This document shows, in pieces, positions 38,728-47,208 of a DNA stretch of 64,000 nucleotides. This DNA is from Oceanispirochaeta sp. (lineage in GTDB: Bacteria; Spirochaetota; Spirochaetia; DSM-2461). Position numbers and translations under genes: made by a program. The notes under the pieces were generated by a model. The model worked only from the letters and a program-made list of their open reading frames with translations. It had not been told where the DNA came from and searched no databases. The stretch is taken from the NCBI GenBank assembly GCA_963666275.2, contig CAXXOA010000001.1:1632001-1696000 (forward strand). The letters are read 5' to 3'. Numbering within the stretch: the stretch's first letter is position 1; each line of letters starts with the position of its first letter.

Positions 38728-41700
38728 TTAGAAGTCCATCCATGATAAAGTCCTATAGCGGTATGAATTGATATCGCTCCATGACAATTGGTTCGGAAAT
38801 GGGTCAATTGGATCATAGCCATTTCGATACATATAATGGTGCTGTTCTCCTTTGTTCTTACCATATATACCAACATCAGCCATTGTATAGTCAGAATTCA
38901 AATAGCTTTCTAAACTGCTGAAATCTGATCCTTTCCCAAGGTATTGTGAAGAGTTAAATTCTGTTCCTAAAAGCTTCAGGTATGAATCATATTCTTTTAC
39001 GAGTCCATCATCTCTAATCAATCTATTATCATTTGCGGTCTTTAACGCATCCCCAATCATATCAAGACTAATAGAAGGATCTCTTAACTGATAAAGGTTC
39101 ACTGGAACGGTTGCATAGCAAAGTGCATTTGTACCGAAGCCAGCCTCCTTTTCTATCTCCATCTGAGAAAATAGATGTTCTGTTGCTGTTCCAGCTTCAA
39201 ATCTATTGGAAAAATCAGTTGTGGAAGAAAGCATATCAGAAAGATATTTTTCTCTATCAGTCGGTTTAGCTCCATATTGCTCAGCAACATTCATCATTCT
39301 CATCTGATCCAAGATTGAATCCATATTACCATCATTTCGCCACGCATCAACAAACATACGATCATAGTCCAAAGCTGCGCCCATTCTATCGGACCACTCG
39401 CCAGATAAGTTAATAGAGATATGGTCTCCTTCATCATCTAGAAAATGGCCATCTCTGAAAGTCTCTGCTGATCCTTGAGCTACTAGCATTTCATTATTTA
39501 GTCGTGATTTCTCTTCAGGTGATAATTCTAAGCCAAGGATTTTCTGAAGATGTTCAGTTCTACTTCCGCCAACGAAGTGCCCTATTTCATGCTCTTCACC
39601 GTTCTCATCATCATAGAAAACACCGCCACGACCATCATCGTTTAACGTTAATGAACCATCAGGGTTTTCTATCAACTTCCAATAATCCGCGGAAGAATCA
39701 TACCCCCCCAAAGCCTGATCAACCTCACTCCAGTCTCCAGTACTAACAGCCGTCAGATAGGCATTGGCTTCCTTCTGGTTGAAACCGTTTAAAGAGTTCA
39801 TTCCATATGTCTGGGCCAAGGTTGCTCCTATGCTCATATGGGCCAATGCGGCTTTCATGGTTTCTTCCTGCTGCCCGAACTCTCCCGAATCCACACCGTC
39901 CCGGAAGGCTTCATGGCTCATCAGTACGGCCAGATCCAGACTGCCTTTGCCGTCCATGTTCAAATCAATGATCCTTTTTCCATCGGAACCGACTGTAGTA
40001 TACCCATCATAATCCTGACCTTTTCCAGTTGTAAATGCGGCATCGCCGTTTATGATATCATCATACAGAGCGCTTGTCTCGTTCATTTCTGCGGAGTAGA
40101 GGGTGCGCATCCCCGCATAAAGTTGTCTGTCTACTCCGGACTGACGGATAGCTTTGTTCTGTTTAAAAACTTCCATACCGGCCATGGCCTTTTGCAGTGC
40201 TCCCACGCTGACATCGGTACCGCCAGTTCCCACATTCAACAGGCTTCTGTCTCCGCCCAGATTCAGTTCCAGCAGTCCCGATTGAACCAGGCCGTTTTTG
40301 CCCTCTATGCCGAACATTCCGAAGTTCATTACGTTCAATGTGGTTTCTCCGGTCATGCCGTATTGGATAGCAGAGGAGGTGAGACCACCGGCCAGGCCAG
40401 AGAGGGCGCTGAAATTGGCTTTTGTCTCATTGATATAACCGAAGGATGCCAGATCCATAGTGCTGGTGACTCCCGCACCGGCCATGCTGCTTATGTAGGA
40501 GGTGCTGGTATTGTCCCAGCTTGTCATGGTATTGAAAGTGTTCCAGTTGAAACTGTCTCCTTCGAAGGCCTGAATAGCGGCGGAGCTGTAGGTATTGGCT
40601 GCTGTGGAAGCACCAGCCAGGGCTGTATCGGTTACTACTTCACCGAATTGACCGGCAGCAGTATCACCGAATGTCAGTAGCTGAGAACTATCCAAGCCCG
40701 ATGAAGCAGCACCAATGCCATAACCGGCAGCTGATACTACCGCCTTCTTTCCGAAAGATCCCCAAGCCTGGCCCGCATCTGTCCCGTTTTGAACATCCAG
40801 AGCTGTAAAAAGGGCATCGTCCATCATACCTACCATAAGAGCCGCACCGGGGCCTAAAAAGGCGCTGGCTGTAATGCTAACGGCTATATCCGTCACACTT
40901 CTGATTGTGGGAGCCCCGATAAAACCGTCGGAACTGCCGTCGTTATCAGCATCATCATCCCAGAGTTTCTGGTTGTAGGTGGGAGTATTGACAGTCGCCA
41001 GGCCCCTGTAGAGACGGGCCTGCTGGATGCTGAAATCTTTGTAGATCCGGCCCATTTCTCCATAACCTTCGGTTTTCACTTTTTCTGGCTTATCCTCTCT
41101 CATCTCAGGGCCGTAGCCGACGTAATAGTTGAATAAGCCTATTGTCTTTGTATGTTTTCCTACATCTTGAACAACATCGTTTTCATCGGTATAGGATTTA
41201 TTGTATTGAGCTGATGCTTTAAAGGCATCTTCCTGGGCTTTCAGGTGGGCCAGAAACTCTTTATCCAGTCCTGTCCCGTTATCCGCTTCTTTGTCTTTCT
41301 GGGGGCCGAATATTATAGTTAGATAGCGGTTCATATTTTCACGAGCTTTATTCACACGGGCCTGAATCAGGACGCTGTTGAGCTTTTCCAAAGTATTGAT
41401 AGAAAGATCGACCCCGTGGTTAAAAGCCGGGGCGGTATAGTACTTATAGGCTTCTATTTTGTGATCCTCCATCTCAATACCGCCGAATACGGAAGAATCG
41501 ATTATAACTGACCTTTTATACTGTTTACCCTGTCGACTGTAACCGCCGGCATACAATGTACTGTCTACACTATCATCAACGCTTTCATTGGCGTTTTCAA
41601 TACTATCATCAACAGACTCTTCCGTTTCTTTCATCATATCAAGCATTTTGTACGCCTGGGCCAGAGCCAGGGACTTCTGCAATTCTTCCTTCAGATCCCG

Positions 41701-41889
41701 CTGTTGCTCTTCCAGGCCCAGTATCTGGCTGTCCGTTTCCGGCAGTGAGGGGAGAGCCGTGGCCAGAATGGCATTGTGATGACCCGTCCGGCTTGTTAAA
41801 GTCTTTATTGAATCCAGAAGGCTGTAAATGGTGGTCCCATCAAGTGCATCGGAAACAATATCGTGAACATCCCCGGGAGACGTCGTCAT
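38728..41889 (-). CDS. Large, probably 5'-truncated polymorphic-toxin-like protein
   Basis: 1053 aa, no RBS or signal peptide, Gly/Ala/Ser-rich middle, AT-rich C-terminal domain with Cys-His-Asp-like motif. Confidence 0.6.
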   Translation of the reverse strand: MTTSPGDVHDIVSDALDGTTIYSLLDSIKTLTSRTGHHNAILATALPSLPETDSQILGLEEQQRDLKEELQKSLALAQAYKMLDMMKETEESVDDSIENANESVDDSVDSTLYAGGYSRQGKQYKRSVIIDSSVFGGIEMEDHKIEAYKYYTAPAFNHGVDLSINTLEKLNSVLIQARVNKARENMNRYLTIIFGPQKDKEADNGTGLDKEFLAHLKAQEDAFKASAQYNKSYTDENDVVQDVGKHTKTIGLFNYYVGYGPEMREDKPEKVKTEGYGEMGRIYKDFSIQQARLYRGLATVNTPTYNQKLWDDDADNDGSSDGFIGAPTIRSVTDIAVSITASAFLGPGAALMVGMMDDALFTALDVQNGTDAGQAWGSFGKKAVVSAAGYGIGAASSGLDSSQLLTFGDTAAGQFGEVVTDTALAGASTAANTYSSAAIQAFEGDSFNWNTFNTMTSWDNTSTSYISSMAGAGVTSTMDLASFGYINETKANFSALSGLAGGLTSSAIQYGMTGETTLNVMNFGMFGIEGKNGLVQSGLLELNLGGDRSLLNVGTGGTDVSVGALQKAMAGMEVFKQNKAIRQSGVDRQLYAGMRTLYSAEMNETSALYDDIINGDAAFTTGKGQDYDGYTTVGSDGKRIIDLNMDGKGSLDLAVLMSHEAFRDGVDSGEFGQQEETMKAALAHMSIGATLAQTYGMNSLNGFNQKEANAYLTAVSTGDWSEVDQALGGYDSSADYWKLIENPDGSLTLNDDGRGGVFYDDENGEEHEIGHFVGGSRTEHLQKILGLELSPEEKSRLNNEMLVAQGSAETFRDGHFLDDEGDHISINLSGEWSDRMGAALDYDRMFVDAWRNDGNMDSILDQMRMMNVAEQYGAKPTDREKYLSDMLSSTTDFSNRFEAGTATEHLFSQMEIEKEAGFGTNALCYATVPVNLYQLRDPSISLDMIGDALKTANDNRLIRDDGLVKEYDSYLKLLGTEFNSSQYLGKGSDFSSLESYLNSDYTMADVGIYGKNKGEQHHYMYRNGYDPIDPFPNQLSWSDINSYRYRTLSWMDF

Positions 41890-41915
41890 ATCCGGAATTA
41901 GGGTGAAAAGAACAT

Positions 41916-42281
41916 TTATTGTTTGACCATAAAGAAATTATCTTCAACCATAATTCCATTATTTAAAATGGTACCAATATAATTGAAACCATCTGAGACA
42001 AAAGAAATTTCCTCTCCTAAAATTGTATATGATCCCATTTCAAACGCTATTGTTCCAGCGCTATTTTCCTTGTATCGATCCACGGAATAGCTGAACATCC
42101 CCTCAGTTTCGTTTTTATTCATTAAGCCAATTACAGCAATATCTCTATATTCCTCTGTTTCTGTAACACAAGTGTACAGAATCGGCTCACCCGATTGCCC
42201 ATTGGAATTTGAGCTATTTGTTGTAGAACAAGATGTGAGAAACAAATAAATAGATACGACAAGAATGAAGAATTTTTTCAT
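41916..42281 (-). CDS. Hypothetical lipoprotein
   Basis: MKKFFILVVSIYLFLTSC lipobox; AT-rich; RBS GGAAGG. Confidence 0.8.
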   Translation of the reverse strand: MKKFFILVVSIYLFLTSCSTTNSSNSNGQSGEPILYTCVTETEEYRDIAVIGLMNKNETEGMFSYSVDRYKENSAGTIAFEMGSYTILGEEISFVSDGFNYIGTILNNGIMVEDNFFMVKQ

Positions 42282-42389
42282 TAATACCTTCCTTATTATG
42301 GTTTACATTTATATAATAAATAAACGTTCATCTACTTTATATGATTTATAAATGAACTAGTCAATCCTTTTAGAAGAATAGCTGCTACT

Positions 42390-42855
42390 AAAGAATAAAA
42401 CTATCCAGAACCCCCGTTGGCTGAGCGGAGCCAACCATATTGAACAAATAAAACTAATGAGAATCCCCGGCGGTTGAGCGGAGCCAACCATATTGAACCA
42501 ATAAACCTAATCAGAACCCCCGGTGGCTGAGCGGAGCCGAAGCCCAATTGTTTATGAGAAGAACCATCCTTTACACCATAAGACTCTTAAAATTCTCGTA
42601 CTAAAGAAAACATATATATTATTCTATTGAACTGTGGCTTCGGCTCCGCTCAGCCACCGCTGGTTCTGGGAAGTATTAGTTCTTTGGGGTAGATTATTGG
42701 CTCCGCTTAGCTGTAGCTGTTTCTGGATGTAATATTTCTCTGGAGAGGATTAATATCACCGAAGTCGAAGTTGCCGTTAACAAATAATAAAACTAATGAG
42801 AACCCCCGTTGGCTGAGCGGAGCCGAAGCCCGGCTCAGTCGCCGCTGGTCCCGGA
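42390..42855. repeat. Repeat module B (same architecture as A)
   Basis: 3 direct units, 91-bp spacer near-identical to A, 24-bp perfect IR 42521-42544/42636-42659, linker, further unit. Confidence 0.92.
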
Positions 42856-42899
42856 AAGAATGAATTCTATAAAGGGAAATCCATAGAGTTTTCCTCAAA

Positions 42900-43841
42900 T
42901 TAGGATTCGAGCATGTATTTCATAAGCTCATACATATGTGGCGCTTCGTAATCCAGGACCCGCCTGAAAGAGGGTTCCTCCATATCGCGCCCCAGGGATT
43001 GGGCTTTCTCAAGATATTCCAGGGAAAGAGGGAGGTCCTCCAAGCTGATACTGTACTGGAACAGGTTGAGCGCAGCAGCCACTTTGTCACCCAAATTAGC
43101 TTGCGGGTCTTCCAAAATCGGCAGGAGAATTTCTGTTACAGCCTTGTCGTTGCTCTCAAGTTCATCCCTGGTATAACAATCGGATAGGTTGATTTTTGAA
43201 TTATTATCATCAGAGTTTTCCAATTGCTTATAATAGGCGGTATCAGACAGGTCTGAGGCTTTAACCATGGATCCCATGGAAAAAATGACACCGTTGGTGA
43301 ACCAGTTGAAATTGGGCATTATCGCACCATTAAATACTGTGATTTTCCTTTTACCTGTTGCTTTCTCAGTTGATACAAGGCAGTTGGCAACAATTTCCAG
43401 AATATATTGTGATCCCTCGGGTGCCGCCTGAGAAGGGGTATGGAGGGAAGAATACAAGACAAGGTTTTCACCGTCTTTGAAGTAACTTCCCAGGGCTGTC
43501 ATTCTGTAGATATTGGGATCATCCGTTATCGGTATATTGTTGAACAGTCCATCCAACAGCTCCTTTTTTGCCTGGAGCGGCAGTGTTTCATGCAGTTCAA
43601 ATTGCTCCATAATTGAGTATAACCACACAATTTTACCGAAATCCCGTATAGTTACAGTCCCGTTTTCCGGTACAAAACGATCCAATACTCTTATTTCCTG
43701 TGGAGGAATTTCCGCTTTACTAAGACTTTCATCGCTGAAAACCCATTTCTGAGTTGCCGCATCCGAGTTGGTAGTACAGGAAGGGAATACTAACATCAGT
43801 AGTAAGGTAATAAGGAAAAGCCCTATTGTTTTTTTATTCAT
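42900..43841 (-). CDS. Hypothetical lipoprotein
   Basis: MNKKTIGLFLITLLLMLVFPSC lipobox; RBS AGGAG. Confidence 0.8.
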   Translation of the reverse strand: MNKKTIGLFLITLLLMLVFPSCTTNSDAATQKWVFSDESLSKAEIPPQEIRVLDRFVPENGTVTIRDFGKIVWLYSIMEQFELHETLPLQAKKELLDGLFNNIPITDDPNIYRMTALGSYFKDGENLVLYSSLHTPSQAAPEGSQYILEIVANCLVSTEKATGKRKITVFNGAIMPNFNWFTNGVIFSMGSMVKASDLSDTAYYKQLENSDDNNSKINLSDCYTRDELESNDKAVTEILLPILEDPQANLGDKVAAALNLFQYSISLEDLPLSLEYLEKAQSLGRDMEEPSFRRVLDYEAPHMYELMKYMLES

Positions 43842-43916
43842 TTCTTTCTCCTTTGAATTATGTTGAATACCCTATAAACACGTGGTTTGATCCCTGTGAT
43901 TCAAAAAAATTATGAA

Positions 43917-44710
43917 ATGTTCTGAGAAGTACCATCCTCTCCACCAAAGCACTCTTAAAATATTCTCCCTAATGTACAGTTGTGTTTGTTATGTTAAACT
44001 CTGGCTTCGGCTCCGCTCAGCCACCGCTGGTTCTGGGGAGAATTATTTCTTTGGAGTAGATTATTGGCTCCGCTCAGCCACCGCTGGTTCTGGGGAGAAT
44101 TATTTCACTGGTGTCGATTATTGGCTCCGCTTAGACGCAGCTTTTTCTGGATGTCATATTTCTCTGGAGAGGAATAATGTCAGCGAGGTCGCAATTGCCG
44201 ATTACAAATAATTAAACCTAACTAGATATCCCAAGTCGTTGAGCGGAACCAACCAAATTGAACAAATAACACTAATTAGAACCCACCGTGGCTGAGCGGA
44301 TGGTTGCTGAACGAAGTCGAAGTAGCCGAAATACCCATCCCGGAATAAATAACACTAATGAGAAATGACGGTGGCTGAGCGGATGGTTGCTGAGCGAAGT
44401 CGAAGTAGCCGAAATACCCATCCCGGAATAAATAACACTAATTAGAACCCACCGTGGCTGAGCGGATGGTTGCTGAGCGAAGTCGAAGTAGCCGAAATGC
44501 CCATCCCGGAATAAATAACACTAATGAGAAATGACGGTGGCTGAGCGGATGGTTGCTGAGCGAAGTCGAAGTAGCCGAAATGCCCATCCCGGAATAAATA
44601 ACACTAATGAGAAATGACGGTGGCTGAGCGGAGCCGAAGCCCAATTGTTTTTGAGAAGAACCATCCTCTCCACCAAAACACTCTAAAAATGTTCTTTCTA
44701 ATGTACAGAT
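43917..44710. repeat. Repeat module C: spacer, 3 inverted units, linker, 83-bp tandem array, spacer
   Basis: GCTGAGCGGA at 44291/44374/44457/44540/44623 (period 83). Confidence 0.93.
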
Positions 44711-44757
44711 TTGACTCTACTAAGCAAAATTGAAGTAAAACAAACATAGTTTCAGTT

Positions 44758-45141
44758 ATGAAATATATGAAACAGAAACAGCGGGAACTGAAATCCGGAT
44801 ACATGTATATTCTGATCTGCGGAGACGGTTCCTATTATGTGGGCAGTACAAATAATCTAAAAATGAGAATGGATCAGCACAATAGGGGAGAAGGATCGAA
44901 TTACACCAGTAAACGTCTCCCTGTAAAGCTTGTTTATAAGGAATGGTATGAATCTGTAGGACATGCTTACCTGCGGGAAAAACAGATTCAGAAATGGAAC
45001 AGGGAAAAAAAGGAAGCTCTGATCAAAAAGAACCTGAAATCTTTGCATACACATGCCGCCTGCCGGAATAAATCCCACTCCCGCAACTTCCGTAAAGAAA
45101 AAACAAAAAGAACTCTCGGCAGAAACAGATTGATTAAATAA
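44758..45141 (+). CDS. GIY-YIG nuclease (UPF0213/YhbQ-like)
   Basis: YMYILICGDGSYYVGSTNNL..R..QH, LPVKLVY.E, REKQIQKW.REKKEALI. Confidence 0.92.
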   Translation: MKYMKQKQRELKSGYMYILICGDGSYYVGSTNNLKMRMDQHNRGEGSNYTSKRLPVKLVYKEWYESVGHAYLREKQIQKWNREKKEALIKKNLKSLHTHAACRNKSHSRNFRKEKTKRTLGRNRLIK

Positions 45142-45210
45142 CACTAATTAGAACACCCGGTGGCTGAGCGGATGGTTGCTGAGCGAAGTCGAAGTAGCCG
45201 AAGCCCAATT
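45128..45210 (+). repeat. Single nested repeat unit downstream of GIY-YIG gene
   Basis: AAATAACACTAATTAGAAC...GGCTGAGCGGATGGTTGCTGAGCGAAGTCGAAGTAGCCGAAGCC. Confidence 0.9.
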
Positions 45211-45328
45211 CTTTAACAAAAGCCCCAAAATTTTTTTCCCATTTTGAATCACCATCCCATTCCTCTGCGTAAAAGATTTACAAACCAGGAAAACCTGAAA
45301 GTGCAACTATTACAAAGGAATCTATTAT

Positions 45329-45802
45329 ATGAAAAAAAATAGGCATCTGCGGTCTGGAGGTGTTCTTGTACTGCTCCTGCTCACATCCTGTTCATCCCTG
45401 AAGATCTCTCCCCGTTCCACCCAGACCATCATCCAGCCGGCCTGGGAGGAGACCCGCAGTTCCTACAGCTACATTCCCGGCGTGATTCTGGTGGAAACCA
45501 ATATCTACGATCAGGAGATCCGGCGTAACGGGTCGGAGAACCTGGACCTGATACTGGACCGGCTGAATGCGGAAAACACGGAACATCCCTCCCGGAAGGC
45601 CTCGGTGGCCCTGTATCTCAGGGAGTATTCCTTTATGAAAGATTACAAACCCCTGAAAACCCTGTCTGTCAAAATTGTGGTGGAAGATGAACTGGGAACT
45701 CCCCTGGGCAGCTATTTTTACAGCACCGAATCTACAGACAGTTTTTTCTCCTCATCCTATCTGTACAGTCGGATTGAAAAAGGGATGGCAAAGCTTTTCT
45801 GA
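45329..45802 (+). CDS. Hypothetical lipoprotein, first gene of export operon
   Basis: LLLLTSC lipobox; stop overlaps TolC start. Confidence 0.8.
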   Translation: MKKNRHLRSGGVLVLLLLTSCSSLKISPRSTQTIIQPAWEETRSSYSYIPGVILVETNIYDQEIRRNGSENLDLILDRLNAENTEHPSRKASVALYLREYSFMKDYKPLKTLSVKIVVEDELGTPLGSYFYSTESTDSFFSSSYLYSRIEKGMAKLF

Positions 45803-47208
45803 TGTTCAGACCTGACCGGGCAATAATGCACTTTTTATTCCTCATGGCCCTGGTAACACCGGCGCTTTCTGCTGACGGGAGTATTCTGACTCTTCAGGAT
45901 GCCATGACTCTGGCATTAAGCAGGAACTCCTCACTGGCCCGGAGCCGGTATGAACGGGAAAACCTTCAGCGCCAGCTGCATCTGAAAATGCGCGAATTCC
46001 TCCCTCAGGTGGAACTGGGATATTCGGGGAATGATTCAGTTACCGTTGGCAGCAGTGATTCCCGGGTGGAAAAGCTCTCTTTGGGGATCGATCAGCTTGT
46101 TTTCAGCGGAGGCCGGGAGCTGGCCCGGGTCAGAGCCTTCCGCCGGGAACTGGATCTGAAAAATCTTACAGCCGCAGCCGAGCAGGACTCTCTGATGCAC
46201 AATGTGCTTCTGGCCTACGTGGATGTTCTGAAATATCAGAGGATAGGGGAGCTGACAGAACAATCCTACCAGATACTGCTGAAACAGAAAGCCATTGCAG
46301 AAAAAGAGTACGATCTGGGAGAGATCCGGAGGATAGACTACCTGGACATTGAACTTGAAGCGGCCCGCGCCGGATTGAGCCGGAAAGAAACAGCTCAGAA
46401 ATTGCTGGACAGCCGTTACGCTCTGGCGAATCTTCTCTTTTATCCCCTTGAAGAATTGCCTCTCCTTTCAGGAGCGCTGAATGAGAACTATCAGGGCCGG
46501 CTCCTGGAGCAGGCGGTTTCTCCGGCATTTATCGCATCCATGAAGGAGCTGGCCCGGAGCAGCAACAGGGATATACTGGAAAGCCAGTTTCAGGTTCTCC
46601 AGGCCCGGCAGCAGCTCAGGGAGAGCCGGTTCAACTGGATTCCTGTTATTCAGGCCAATGCGGATCTTTCGGTTTCGGGCCAGGAATATCCCCTGGACGA
46701 ACCGGCTTTTTCTCTGGGACTCACCTTCCGTTTTGATGTGCCTTTACTGCCCTCTACGGTAAATATGCAGGCCGGCCAGTCCAATCCGGAGGAATACAAC
46801 AGAACCCTCTCCACCACAACGGGACTGGCGGATAATCTTGAGGGGTTGAGAGATCCTCAGATCGCCGGGAATTCCCTGTCTCTAAAAAAAATGGACTGGG
46901 ACGAAACAAGGCGGTCTGTGGCTTTTCAGGTTCAGTCTCTGGCCAGTCAGATTGAACTCTCAGGCCGGGATATCGAACTGCAGCGGGAAAGGCTCACACT
47001 GCTGGAAGAGAAGCTTGAAATTCTTGAGATGCAGATGTCCCTGGGGGAAATCACCCGTCTGAAACTTGTGGAGGCCCAGGTGGAATATTCCAATCAGAAG
47101 ATCGCTCTCATCGAAAGTCTGGTCAAGCTCTATACAACGGAAGAGTCTCTGAAGCAGCTCTGCGGTTTGAAGAGCGATCCTCTGGATGAAAAAGGACTGA
47201 TACTATGA
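45802..47208 (+). CDS. TolC-family outer membrane channel
   Basis: LTLQDAMTLAL..N, two OEP repeats ending LGEI. Confidence 0.85.
   Translation: MFRPDRAIMHFLFLMALVTPALSADGSILTLQDAMTLALSRNSSLARSRYERENLQRQLHLKMREFLPQVELGYSGNDSVTVGSSDSRVEKLSLGIDQLVFSGGRELARVRAFRRELDLKNLTAAAEQDSLMHNVLLAYVDVLKYQRIGELTEQSYQILLKQKAIAEKEYDLGEIRRIDYLDIELEAARAGLSRKETAQKLLDSRYALANLLFYPLEELPLLSGALNENYQGRLLEQAVSPAFIASMKELARSSNRDILESQFQVLQARQQLRESRFNWIPVIQANADLSVSGQEYPLDEPAFSLGLTFRFDVPLLPSTVNMQAGQSNPEEYNRTLSTTTGLADNLEGLRDPQIAGNSLSLKKMDWDETRRSVAFQVQSLASQIELSGRDIELQRERLTLLEEKLEILEMQMSLGEITRLKLVEAQVEYSNQKIALIESLVKLYTTEESLKQLCGLKSDPLDEKGLIL

Noticed and set aside
37185..44710. Classical integron attC array
   Set aside because: No tyrosine integrase in the window, and no convincing RYYYAAC/GTTRRRY-bounded sites were seen
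43912..44804. Short ORFs 43912-44211, 44438-44644, 44604-44804 (and 42707-42898)
   Set aside because: They are translations of the repeats (LRSAT motifs) with no evidence of real genes
37185..45210. CRISPR array
   Set aside because: Inter-repeat segments are homologous to each other rather than unique spacers, orientation flips within clusters, and there are no cas genes in the window
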